Below are positions 49,001 to 55,728 of a stretch of 64,000 nucleotides of DNA, piece after piece. The notes below the pieces were generated by a model, which was not told the origin of the DNA, ran no database searches, and saw only the letters and a list, made by a program, of their open reading frames with translations. Source of the DNA: Thalia democratica (taxonomy: Eukaryota); the NCBI GenBank assembly GCA_965202585.1, contig OZ241834.1, positions 31,124,001 through 31,188,000 on the forward strand, in the 5' to 3' direction. Both the position numbers and the translations under genes were made by a program. The stretch's first letter is position 1, and each line of letters opens with the position of its first letter.

Positions 49001-50356
49001 GTCACGTCCACCCCCTCGTAGAACCAACGTATTTTTGGGCGCGGCGATCCTGCGGAAGAATTTGTTTGAAAACTAATAAAACTTGACGTAAAATACGTTT
49101 GAGCGTGCGAGATTTTAACGGCTTAAATTTGAGAATAATTTTTTGAAGAAATAATGATGTTCACTTAATAAGTAATTTTTAAAAGAACTTTGGTCAAAAG
49201 GTTGCACGGTACAGTCATTTTTTAATAAAAACTGTTTAAAACACAAAAGACATGTTCCTTTTTCATGTAGAGACAAAATATATATTAAGTAAAAGCACTT
49301 TCATTAACTAAAATAAAAAAATACATCATTGTAGATTTCTCGGGTACAATGTATAGATCTTTGTATGGAAGTGGTTTAATGAAAAAGTAAATACTTTTAG
49401 TGGGAATAATATAAACAAGAATCATCGGCGAAAGTCTACAGAGCATAAGTCTGGACTTTCGTATGCCGTAGAAAAAACCCAAGTTAATATAAAGCATAAT
49501 AGTACCAATTCGATCATCAGACATTTCGGTAGACTGAGACCCGAGTTTCGTTTTAATTGAAACCGAAATCTTGTGGTCTGATGATCGGAGTGGTGTGATC
49601 AAAACTCTATAAATAGTATTTTGTTATAACCTAAAGGTTTTATAAGGTTTTAACCTAAAATATCATAAGTACGTTTTTGTTTTTTTAACCTAAATAAAAA
49701 AAGGTTTTTTTAAAGTTTTAATAAATTAGTTTTGTTTTTTTAGTCTTATATGAGAAATAGTAAGAAAAGTAACGTGAAATAGTTTTCATAGATTACATTT
49801 GTTTTAGTAGAACATTTATTTTAAATTAATGATGTGCATAAATTGCAGTCAATTATTGTTTGTAAATTTTTTTACAAAAAGTTTAAACTAACAATTAAAT
49901 AAAAAAACTTACATGAGTTTATTTTAGTTTAAAACATGTTTCGGAAGCCGAGATTTTTTTTTCATTACGTTCAAAACGTAATTATCACGCAATTAGCACC
50001 GTATCTTAGTCAAAACTTTGAAATGTTATAAGTATTATTGTGGGAATTACCATTACAATTTTTTCTTAACTCGGGTTGTTTCACACAAAACTTTCAAATA
50101 AAATCTAGTCGTGGGCCGAAACATTTACTTCCCTGCTCTAAACAAAGATGTTCTAAAATTATTAGTTGAAATATTTATTAATATTATTTATTAAAAATTT
50201 ATTAGCCAAAATAAAAAATAAGAAAAGCAAACCCCCGACGATGCATTCGAACTGGACACTCCAGTCCTTCACTGCCACCACGTTCTGAAGCGGCTGCAAA
50301 AAACACGGCATTTCCGGCTCAGTGACGTCATTTTCTTCAGTGACGTCAGTGGCCAT
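840..50356 (-). CDS. ttn: Titin/connectin orthologue, N-terminal part (63 coding exons, ~6,225 aa in window; continues beyond position 1)
   Basis: Exons joined by GT/GC-AG introns keep one reading frame (total 18,676 nt = 3n+1). Peptides closely resemble recalled human titin segments: HRLVIKEDGVRSLIISPA, QKPKFRKKL, FEFGYASLNF, VEWFLNGQEISSSKRFRVWHDGMYSMEITDVREYDQG, MQAPIVVE...RITWSYPKRDVCELLIRNVCAED. Confidence 0.93.
1348..1587 (-). CDS. ttn: Exon 62 (Ig end plus I/A-junction-type Ig first half)
   Basis: GKTHSLVVNKAGAGDLGRYTA...PPKMELL...DQVVMKTSKPYSIVVAYLGFPDPVFSWKK. Confidence 0.88.
1908..2159 (-). CDS. ttn: Exon 61 (Ig end plus next Ig first half)
   Basis: ISDAGIYECKI...TFTKVLPDQLEVKLKSSFKLTCEI...QWLLND. 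Confidence 0.88.
2322..2456. repeat. Two (TA)n microsatellites in an intron
   Basis: TA runs near 2322-2346 and 2435-2456. Confidence 0.85.
2804..3003 (-). CDS. ttn: Exon 60 (distal tandem Ig first part)
   Basis: VSFTKELKPVKSNQGDDVIMTCEV...TWFHDNKK...LQLIIKNVK|GTTGGT. Confidence 0.87.
3063..3102 (-). CDS. Candidate alternative first micro-exon MLRRTYSRSYSRS (Cronos-like)
   Basis: ATG at 3102, phase-1 donor CAG|GTTGTG at 3062, 59-nt intron, in frame with exon 60. Confidence 0.45.
7040..7325. mobile_element. Degenerate hAT/Charlie-type MITE relic in the 5.3-kb intron
   Basis: GTCCGCGGGTCGTAGTATGCCAATCACC resembles the recalled GGCCCGCGGGCCGTAGTTTGCC...CCTG end of Charlie-type MITEs; no clear TSD. 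Confidence 0.25.
8322..8398 (-). CDS. ttn: Exon 59 (Ig end)
   Basis: DFGEYSVTAANEFGEVTCSAFLRVI. Confidence 0.85.
8468..8613 (-). CDS. ttn: Exon 58 (Ig middle)
   Basis: VRLKCLLKHANSKNITWYKDGKEL...PYLEIKKVKH. Confidence 0.82.
8842..8912 (-). CDS. ttn: Exon 57 (Ig start)
   Basis: DDYLLEAPIFTKELSAAEVKHGDK. Confidence 0.8.
9428..10228 (-). CDS. ttn: Exon 56 (unique, Ig, unique)
   Basis: PPEFLKTISDCSVAEGQPAHFVY...VQWFRN...SSGVYKVLASNEKG. Confidence 0.88.
11847..13386 (-). CDS. ttn: Exon 55 (Ig end, ~370-aa Ser/Asp/Thr-rich unique region, degenerate Ig)
   Basis: YSGEYKVTVSNEEG at the start; CSWTKDG...YSLTINNFQTEHTGKYVF at the end; G|GTAAGT donor. Confidence 0.88.
13703..13865 (-). CDS. ttn: Exon 54 (Ig first half)
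   Basis: KPAFLIKPKRSYDVPVDERFRIKCTFVASPKPDVEWYFNDEK. Confidence 0.87.
14100..14205 (-). CDS. ttn: Exon 53 (linker)
   Basis: DKTSSINLHNLDLKYGAKIYHFYIEPTLKETLDVA; required phase 1 to 2 bridge. Confidence 0.7.
14912..14956 (-). CDS. ttn: Exon 52 (45-nt symmetric exon)
   Basis: EEESSRKSEIKDNED; CAG acceptor and G|GTAAGA donor. Confidence 0.65.
15998..16339 (-). CDS. ttn: Exon 51 (Ig)
   Basis: PPSVLRPV...VRLECVMSGSSSVEWRRDG...SGVYTCVGRDEFG; phase-1 donor at 15997, or read-through to TGA at 15983-15981. Confidence 0.85.
16677..22340 (-). CDS. ttn: Exon 50: giant 5.66-kb exon, ~1,780 aa unique low-complexity sequence plus a C-terminal Ig
   Basis: Uninterrupted ORF; phase-1 acceptors at 22340 or 22313; ends APCFKKSL...CWVCNTHGSASCEATLRV then G|GTTAGT. 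Confidence 0.88.
19222..19605 (-). repeat. Five degenerate ~26-aa Asn-rich coding repeats (KLNESEN.FE..N..N.FNV)
   Basis: KL-starting units at 19605, 19455, 19377 and 19299 (78-nt steps, one 72-nt unit). Confidence 0.75.
22745..23188 (-). CDS. ttn: Exon 49 (Ig)
   Basis: VKFSACPDPQVAWYKDG...CLVVSQLQEQDVGLYECVASNKLG; donor GTAAAT, phase 1. Confidence 0.9.
23481..23616 (-). CDS. ttn: Exon 48 (Ig second half)
   Basis: CWLVIESSRVQDSGEVRCHALNSCGEAISSTDLEV. Confidence 0.9.
23718..23860 (-). CDS. ttn: Exon 47 (Ig first half)
   Basis: PPKVLSPLQPLHVIEGSIVRMSCVIEGDRLGVRWFLNG. Confidence 0.9.
24402..24590 (-). CDS. ttn: Exon 46 (Ig second half)
   Basis: LQLEIAEVKEEDEGTYECIVSNSV resembles titin YQLEIAEAYPEDEGTYTFVASNAV. 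Confidence 0.92.
24848..25039 (-). CDS. ttn: Exon 45 (acidic linker plus Ig first half)
   Basis: EEEEAVQIIQPLQDFHAKKGQTSRFTCEIAGT. Confidence 0.88.
25282..25428 (-). CDS. ttn: Exon 44 (Ig second half)
   Basis: QFTLVVADICNQDIGKFTCEASNKYG. Confidence 0.9.
25763..25903 (-). CDS. ttn: Exon 43 (Ig first half)
   Basis: PEEPSFSQEMRDCIVECGQEARFSVRVNGRPLPEVKW resembles titin PEPPQVLQELQPVTVQSGKPARF. Confidence 0.9.
26007..26131 (-). CDS. ttn: Exon 42 (Ig second half)
   Basis: FKYRVDGTKHKLIIENTNFNDSGEYKF. Confidence 0.88.
26386..26533 (-). CDS. ttn: Exon 41 (Ig first half)
   Basis: HIDILKSMEDVEVLENEKAVLEFMISEPDIRAEWSHNG. Confidence 0.87.
27109..27378 (-). CDS. ttn: Exon 40 (tandem Ig)
   Basis: VRFTSELPKSVKC...ISCEIDCDDVTVSWKKG...HSGVYTAVAG. 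Confidence 0.92.
27680..27821 (-). CDS. ttn: Exon 39 (Ig second half)
   Basis: KVRKLEIKSCGDGDAGLYKCQV. Confidence 0.9.
28038..28258. repeat. Tandem duplication (~105-120 bp) of the exon 38 3' end, donor and adjacent intron
   Basis: ATAAAACTATTTTTCTCTAT at 28041 and 28161; exon-end copy at 28131-28154 versus native 28235-28258. Confidence 0.88.
28235..28480 (-). CDS. ttn: Exon 38 (Ig second half plus next Ig first half)
   Basis: HSLKVRGATPGDGGEYTFKVG...FEVELSVEDSGVCTWMKDDRIVT|GTGAGA. Confidence 0.9.
28761..28906 (-). CDS. ttn: Exon 37 (Ig first half)
   Basis: VEITKKLHGSRRVVQSKDFEMITETSKSQVTGRWMHNG. Confidence 0.85.
29118..29390 (-). CDS. ttn: Exon 36 (tandem Ig)
   Basis: PRFSLGLKNVTVAEGGDAVFEA...HHLVVKDCGKADEGVYSC. 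Confidence 0.92.
29648..29908 (-). CDS. ttn: Exon 35 (tandem Ig)
   Basis: IVRPLRDVDILECEGATLECHLANDDVTGAWLKDG...DAGVYSFKVG. Confidence 0.92.
30141..30279 (-). CDS. ttn: Exon 34 (Ig second half)
   Basis: TCKLFISSLNVDHQGEYKLTCGSKTSVCNLQVK. Confidence 0.88.
30469..30893 (-). CDS. ttn: Exon 33 (1.5 tandem Ig)
   Basis: FLITTHLKSVTVTESNSAVFECNV...VVRNVVPSDAGRYSF...VRAVWTKDD. Confidence 0.9.
31177..31310 (-). CDS. ttn: Exon 32 (tandem Ig second half)
   Basis: REHILTITECELKDSGTYTFRTGNAETTCQLTVK. Confidence 0.87.
31625..31763 (-). CDS. ttn: Exon 31 (tandem Ig first half)
   Basis: VGILQPMTNTTMYEGDTVKLKCKINKDVMGLWYHDG. Confidence 0.87.
31969..32104 (-). CDS. ttn: Exon 30 (tandem Ig second half)
   Basis: NKRKLIITCAQPQDDGHVEFVYGKNISRCRLQV. 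Confidence 0.87.
32303..32433 (-). CDS. ttn: Exon 29 (tandem Ig first half)
   Basis: IMEELQDSKADMGEMAVIQTTVSHNEVQGQWLINGQPVQ. Confidence 0.87.
32763..33056 (-). CDS. ttn: Exon 28 (tandem Ig)
   Basis: LLFSKNLRN...VMLECS...VTW...FYLRVSDVRCEDSGVYSC. Confidence 0.9.
33388..33505 (-). CDS. ttn: Exon 27 (I1-like Ig second half)
   Basis: RDVCELLIRNVCAEDAGAYSVKLMNPAGKAGSQAFLVVK. Confidence 0.92.
33901..34086 (-). CDS. ttn: Exon 26 (I1-like Ig first half)
   Basis: VQITPDMQAPIVVEGLRNCKVRAGSDASFHVKFDSDPLPKVTW...RITWSYPK. Confidence 0.92.
34309..34461 (-). CDS. ttn: Exon 25 (unique; GC donor)
   Basis: VSERDRSYEMHLRETKRELLHH resembles titin DESYEELLRKTKDELLHW; ends AAG|GCAATT. Confidence 0.8.
34692..35034. 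repeat. ~152-bp tandem triplication containing the exon 24 3' end and its splice donor
   Basis: CTGGCCGAGTT(T/G)GTGTC plus flanking intron recurs, with donors at 35011, 34859 and 34708. Confidence 0.9.
35012..35181 (-). CDS. ttn: Exon 24 (charged unique sequence)
   Basis: EDQGRRMVELQQIEQNENLMRKMELRKVERNEELQTKF...LDTNSAR|GTGAGT. Confidence 0.85.
35250..35452 (-). CDS. ttn: Exon 23 (Ig end)
   Basis: FRVWHDGMYSMEITDVREYDQGTVEIAVANELG...ENFRKLLRK; donor chosen to give phase 1. Confidence 0.85.
35697..35887 (-). CDS. ttn: Exon 22 (Ig)
   Basis: APQVVLHLQNSTVREHDSAKFICRVNAHPPPKVEWFLNGQEISSSKR. Confidence 0.92.
36230..36384 (-). CDS. ttn: Exon 21 (Ig end)
   Basis: GVISCRVTNSFGIAQSSTSLIVKEEKGLVESTQLPE. 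Confidence 0.92.
36496..36607 (-). CDS. ttn: Exon 20 (Ig)
   Basis: VEWLLDNKPLEHATRITTLFEFGYASLNFASVFPRDT. Confidence 0.92.
36910..37059 (-). CDS. ttn: Exon 19 (Ig)
   Basis: DMYNEKKKQKPKFRKKLESVRQKIYGSARFQCYVVPICDPNMK. Confidence 0.92.
37372..37609 (-). CDS. ttn: Exon 18 (Ig plus linker)
   Basis: HDAWYTATAVNKHGRDLARCKVTV resembles titin DSAWYTATAINKAGRDTTRCKVNV. Confidence 0.92.
37832..38000 (-). CDS. ttn: Exon 17 (Ig)
   Basis: PKILEKPQSLTAKEGDTIRLEVFAVGKPTPEIVWMRD. Confidence 0.9.
38362..38526 (-). CDS. ttn: Exon 16 (second half of Z6-like Ig)
   Basis: GNEVQEDYSHRLVIKEDGVRSLIISPAKLDDTGKYTIIAKNEAG. Confidence 0.92.
39193..40207 (-). CDS. Intronic 338-aa Lys/Asn/Ser-rich ORF; candidate alternative first coding exon of titin
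   Basis: Open ORF starting with ATG 3 nt after an AG (40212-40211) and ending at AAAG|GTAAAC (phase 1), in frame with the exon starting at 38526. Confidence 0.65.
39290..39601 (-). repeat. Four tandem 78-nt (26-aa) coding repeats DTKLKRSTSDRLGSNGIKEQEQLLND-like
   Basis: Units start at 39601, 39523, 39445 and 39367, an exact 78-nt spacing. Confidence 0.92.
41626..41738 (-). CDS. ttn: Exon 15 (first half of Z6-like Ig)
   Basis: PRFLSKPDSIVCTEGNATRIDCKVTGRPMPEVTFFLK resembles titin KPVSFKCLEGQTARFDLKVVGRPMPETFWF. Confidence 0.87.
42335..42529 (-). CDS. ttn: Exon 14 (Ser/Arg-rich linker)
   Basis: GRKERRSSSRGVARQSPSVQW...; phase 2 to 2. Confidence 0.65.
42949..43006 (-). CDS. ttn: Exon 13 (short linker)
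   Basis: DQYRMSQEETAVSEQTTSI; phase 1 to 2 fits neighbours. Confidence 0.6.
43526..43639 (-). CDS. ttn: Exon 12 (Z4 second part)
   Basis: NLYSLVIDDAQYDDIGEYQISATNQFGFISGAVKVISE. Confidence 0.85.
43838..44139 (-). CDS. ttn: Exon 11 (Z4 first part)
   Basis: PCFVTTPDPVMTLVEGGQVRIDCVITGAPRPLVTW resembles titin Z4 (FITKPVVQKLVEGG). Confidence 0.85.
44372..44469 (-). CDS. ttn: Exon 10 (linker)
   Basis: VYASNIKPRGDGRPPSNISTTDVSTTSYDGFE; phase 0 to 2. Confidence 0.72.
44651..44805 (-). CDS. ttn: Exon 9 (Z3 second half)
   Basis: EQMVESNQDFEITYDGTTTHLIVRESYLDDSDLYTCTATNEHG. Confidence 0.88.
45002..45128 (-). CDS. ttn: Exon 8 (Z3 first half)
   Basis: VSCSAPQVKSEKAQLRVPLGQLTLMTCKISGTPVPEVAWYRG. Confidence 0.85.
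46822..47274 (-). CDS. ttn: Exon 7 (long form; short form ends at 47182)
   Basis: GIANIPPSPGVVQ...KHQ, then an open His/Arg/Ser-rich extension to FMPFSK|GTGAGA; both donors are phase 0. Confidence 0.7.
47555..47659 (-). CDS. ttn: Exon 6 (Z-disc insertion, Ser-Pro)
   Basis: SEVFDGNVHEMKSIMRKKEQQQQEASMRSVRISPS; donor could be 47554 or 47551, both in frame. Confidence 0.7.
47772..47869 (-). CDS. ttn: Exon 5 (unique linker)
   Basis: GEPENTSEGGVVSYEANESKFAAQSSSQEHHAT; phase 1 to 0. Confidence 0.75.
47956..48121 (-). CDS. ttn: Exon 4 (Z2 second half)
   Basis: GVQVHDSANCQVRSDREKHTLTLVGVAEEDSGTITCAIANQQGQTTSSAPLVV. Confidence 0.88.
48364..48488 (-). CDS. ttn: Exon 3 (Z2 first half)
   Basis: SMAISPRFETQLEGVRVSPGGDAVFNAIIFGTPTPIVAWYKE; AG/GT flanks. 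Confidence 0.88.
48849..49049 (-). CDS. ttn: Exon 2 (Z1 second half)
   Basis: GSPRPKIRWFYEG...CVLRIDKVILGDGGRYACYVSNDKGENSSTANLSI; phase 1 to 1. Confidence 0.9.
50233..50356 (-). CDS. ttn: Exon 1 (start; Ig Z1 first half)
   Basis: ATG at 50356, acceptor AG at 50370-50369; MATDVTEENDVTEPEMPCFLQPLQNVVAVKDWSVQFECIVG resembles titin Z1 (PTFTQPLQSVVV); phase-1 donor GTTTGC. Confidence 0.85.
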
Positions 50357-51479
50357 TTTTTGTGTTAACTGTTTAAAAACTATAAACTATATAAAATTTT
50401 TCAAAATCTTTTTTAGAAAAGCACTTCTATACTTGGATAGCGATTACAACTTGTTGTAAAAGTGTGTTGTACAGAACCAAAGTTTAAAACAAATGTTTAA
50501 GCACTAAATAATAAAGTAAATGGATTATTTTTGGCATGTTCTTCTCACAATGTTTTAATTTGTGAATATTTGTAATATATGGGTTTAAAGTTTTCAAAGT
50601 TCATTGGTTGTGGTTTAGAGATGACTAATTCGTGCTTTTTGCAAATGCCGCATGCTTAAAGTAAAAATTAGGTAACACCATTTAGACGCTCTTAATACAC
50701 CTACTTGTCTCTTTGTCAATTGATTATATTATTCTAATACTCATGCACAAAATAGTTAGCTACATTTACATTAATGTATTAAAATTATAAAATTCAAAAA
50801 CTAAACGGTTTAACAAAATTTATATAAAGCTTTGAAAAATTGATTGATTTTTTTTTTTCAGTTAATCTAGTTTTTCGACTTACTAAAAAAATAATTAAGG
50901 ATTTAATTCAAAGCTAAAATTTCAACTTCAAAAATGACAACTTTAATGAAAAGACGAATATAGAAAACAAAAATGACTTTCTGTTACAATAACTTTATGG
51001 ATCTAATATCTACTTTTTTTTATTGTTTTTAATTAACGGAATGGGCTAGCAATACTTATTATGAAACGTATAAAACATTAAAGTATTACGAACACTTTTA
51101 TGGATCTTTTTTTATACAACTCTAAAATATTTCATATTTTTTATTATTTTATATATAAGACGTATACAAAGTAATAACTTAAATAGGTTTACTCCTAGAT
51201 TACTCATTTACTAGATATAAGTTTTTTTTATTTTTTAATATGTATTCTAAAAACATACCTAATAAAAATTCTTATAATTTTCAACTATAGCTTATTTTTT
51301 TACCTAGTGTTTTAATAAATGTTTCTTTGAATATTCATTTTAAAGATGAACTCTATCCTATAAGAAATTGCTCTTCTTTATAACAGTAAACAATTTACAA
51401 AACATTTATCTATTTTCAAATAAATAAAACAAAAACTAACAAATATCTATTTCTTTCTTGTTTGTTCAAAAAGTGTTAT

Positions 51480-51720
51480 CCAATAGTTCGGCACAGCTCG
51501 GAAGCTATAACCGAATAACAAAATAGTTCGGACGGAGACGACTTGCATTACCTCACGCGTTTTTCCCTGATTGTCTCTTATCGCATTATTATCTTTTATG
51601 ACGTCACGTTTGGATGCTGGTTGCATCACAATAGCAGATAACTTATGTCTGCATTGTTTCAACGTGTTATCTTCTTGTGGAGATAATAGTTATTATGCTT
51701 CCGTAATACAATATTGTCTC
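51480..51720 (-). promoter_or_regulatory. Candidate titin promoter / non-coding first exon
   Basis: Locally GC-richer island 1.2 kb upstream of the ATG; TGACGTCA at 51599; AGATAA sites at 51589, 51636, 51667 and 51681; donor-like GAG|GTAATG at 51551. Confidence 0.4.
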
Positions 51721-54700
51721 CCTTGCACCAAAATATGTAATTTGTTTAAATAAAAGTTTTGTATTGCGGTTCTTTTAATATATTTGTTAATTACAAACTA
51801 CAGAAAGTATTTTGACTTGCATAAATGACTATTTGAAAAGCAACATTTTGAATAAAAACTATCTAAAAACATCATTTTTGTTATTTAATCTTGAACATTT
51901 AACAAAAAGTGCCGATAGAAGTTTTTATTGTTTAGATTTATTAACTTTCACGTAAATAAATACATAAAACATACTCAAGATTTAGTTTTCACAACTTTGA
52001 AATTTACCTTGCAATTTTTTCATAAAACGAATTTACCACTTATAGAATTATATTTGCTTATTAAATTGTTTTCAAAGTCTAAACATCAAGTATATATATA
52101 TATAAATTAAGTTGTAGAAAATTAGTTTATTTATTAAAATATTTTTAAATAGAAAGCTATAATCATGTTTTCGTGAAACTAAAACTATAGCATACATCTC
52201 AAAAAGGATATTTTTTAATTGTTTCAAAATATACTTAATTAACTTAGTTATTAATTTTTTCCAAAGTTTTTCACAGTATAAATGTACATATTATTTTTAA
52301 TCATCCTAAAATTTTTATTTTATTACAAACTAAAAGTAAGTTAATTCATTCACTTAGTTTATAAGTTAGTTTGAAAGCATATAAAAGTTAAAAAACTTGC
52401 ATTTTTTTAAATATATTTGTACGCAATAACAAAAAGTAAGAAAATATTCTTACAACATTTTTAAGCAACGTTTTTTACAAATTTTAGAAACTAAGTATTT
52501 GCGAAAAAATATAATATTTAATTGAAGCAGTACGTAGAAAAATTATTTACTTAGTAAACATAAAACCTAAGTTATAAATGGATAAAAAGGTCTTTTATAT
52601 ATACCCTTCTCTTTGAGTACTTTTTATCATATGTACTCAAAATTAGATATGATTGATTTGGTTATATAGGTCTAGAATGTTTGTTTAAATTTCATATTAT
52701 AATTAGTAAGAGTATCATCACAAAAAATTTCAAACAGTATTCTTTGTAAAGCTTTGTTTTATGTTATTTTAATATACACAATAAGATATATTTCAATTTA
52801 ACAAAAATAATGCAGTCAGAGCAGTAAATATTCATGCTCGATTAGTTGCTAAATAATACTAGCAAAGCAATATTAATTTACATAAAATTACATGAGTGTT
52901 ACAAAAATGTAGTTAATTTTCTATAACATACTAAAAAACATCAGACAAACTGAGAACCAGCACTTTTTTAATCGGTTTATTTTTAAAGTAAACCTTAATT
53001 ATCTTCTTTTTTTTTTTAATAAGTTTTCAAACTTACATGATGAAAGACTTAAACTGATAAAGTTTTTAAACTTTGTTACTGGATGACAGTTAATGGATTT
53101 TGAAACATTTTGTGTTTTGTTAGCAAAAAGTATACTCGATTTATCAGTGTTGTGTTTTTATTAATACCAAGAAAAGATTGTGCTTAATAAAGCAAATTCT
53201 TAATACTTTTTTTTCTTTATGATTTTATAGGTTTAAGAAGAGTGAGACTTTGAAAAATAAAGTTTGTTCAATTTATGTTTATATAAAACAGTACTTTATA
53301 AGTTGTTAAAAATGAAGAGTTTAAGTAAAATTATTTTGTTGTATAAACGCGTTATAAGCATGATTTAGCATACTCTTGCGGATATTTTTGTAGCAGTACA
53401 TTAAAAAAAAAGATTTAATTGTCTAGTTACAATTTTTAGTATGTTTGTATGACAATATATACTAACTTACATAAATTTAGACTTGTCTAATAGATTATAA
53501 CTTTTAAAAATTAACAAAACTATTTAGCGTATTACAGTAGGTATAATTACGTTTAGTTTAAAAAAATCTATTAAGTTTTTGAGTTCTTTTAGCGAACATT
53601 TGAAACTATCATTTTTGTTTTTATTATTTTATTGTTCGGAAAACAGTATGTAAAACAAATTTGTAGTTTATATTTATACAGAAAATATATAAATAAAAAC
53701 ATATAAATAAGATTTTAATTACTAACTTCATTAAACAAGTATATTATTTTTCTACTAAGATATAACGATTAGAGTCTGCAATTCAAAAAGTTACTTGCTA
53801 ACAATATTTTTTTTAATTCTTAGCTGAGTATAGATTTTTAGATTTTAGTTTCTTTATTTTTCATCAAGTCAACTTTTAGGAAATGTTTTAGTCTTGAAAC
53901 CAAAAGCTATTTATTTATCGTTATTGTAGGCACTTTATTTTTATCTGTTTTGTTTTCAACAAAACTGGTGTTCTTAAGTAGCGTTAAATATCTAGAATAT
54001 ATAGATGCGGTTTATAGTTGAGCTGACTAAACTTTTTGTTGGAAAAGTTATAAAAGTCTAGTAGCTAAAGTTTTAAAACATTTTTAATGTTTAATATATT
54101 AGCTTTGAAATAGCTTTATGAATACTTTGAAGAATTTTTTAAACTCTTTTTTCAAAAAACACTAACAAGTTAAAAAAATTTAAAAGCACGCGGTTAGAAA
54201 AAAGAAACATGGTAACTTTCTATTTTAATTAAAAAAACTAGTAGAACTTTTAAGAGTTTTTATTGTTTTATGATTAGTAATAAGTAAATAGCTTTTTGAT
54301 AATAATAATAAAGTGACAATAACTTACATTATGTATTTTAAAAAGTATACTGATTATATTTAAAGAACAAATATTTCTTTACATATTTAAGATTTCAATG
54401 TTCCACAACTTTAAAACGTGTTTTTTAACTAATTAGAAAAAGTAAATGAAGCAATTTAAGATATATTTAGACATTTTATTATACCGCTCTTAAAACTATT
54501 CAGTTAAAAGATTTAAGTTTTTGTAAGTAAAAAACTGTTTTAATTATTATTAATTTTTAATATCAAAACAGCAATAAATTTGTTAGAAGTTTTATAACAG
54601 ATCTATTAGAACTCTTTTAGTTAAATTTTATTAAAAATGTATACTAAGTTTTTAACCCGGAAAGAACCTTTTAAATTTATAAAATAAAGTTTTAAAGGTT

Positions 54701-55728
54701 TCAATTTTCTAATTTTATTATCAAAACACAAAAAAAAAACTAAACTGTCTTTTTAATTTATTTTTTTTATTGAAGTTGTTATAAAACATATTTTTCATAA
54801 ATCTTTGTAACTATTGATCTATTTTTTATATACCAACTTTTACAAAAGCTGCAAAATAGTTTACAACTTCAACAAAAATTGTCTTGTTGTGTAACAACAT
54901 TTACGAAACACATTGAAAAAGTTTTTGTAAATTTTCACGGGTACCTCAAATTATTTACCTTTAAAATTAGTGTGTTCAGTTTTTGAGGTAAGGTTTTGAA
55001 ATACCACAAGACCATCATAATCTTTAAGTTTCTAAGCTTACTTTACTCAAAAAAAAATCGTTTCAAAACATAGCTTATAGGTTTAAAACAAACTTTTTTC
55101 AAGTAAGTATACTTAATTTATTTTATATTTAAGTTAAAAGTACAAACTAGAAACTTTTTTTTAATTACTAAATATGTGCGACAGAATAAACTTGTAGTTC
55201 CAAAACTTGATAAAAATCTTTATTAGTTTAATATTTGTTTGACCATTACTTTAAAATGTAGTATAAACTTGTTTTTTTTTCTAAGACGTACTTATTACAG
55301 TTTAGGAATAAATTCTTGATAACGATATTATGACAGCGTTTCACGAGGTATAACTAAACATATACTTACAATCCAAAATTGTGTTTGAATTAGTTAAACA
55401 AAGTTGAACTAATAAATTTTACCAATATACAAACCTACTACAAAAACCAAACTAAAAATTTCAAAATATCAACTTAGAAAAGGAAGAAACAAAATTTTGT
55501 AAAACTTTAAAAATATTGGTACGGTTAGTTTTCGACTAAAGTTTAGAGAAAAAGCTAGACGATGCGTTTTAAATTCTTAGTTTCATTTCTTTTAATTCAG
55601 TAATCGTTTTAAAAAGTATACAAACTTGTGATTTTTTTAACTACATTTCTAAACTACTACTATATGGACAAGTTGTATTTATAGTTACTCAAAAATACAT
55701 ACTTTTAATACTCAAAATATGTAAGCAC

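Noticed and set aside
49511-49587. C/D-box snoRNA interpretation of the hairpin
   Set aside because: TGATGA and CTGA occur only near the 3' end on either strand; no 5' C box in the expected position.
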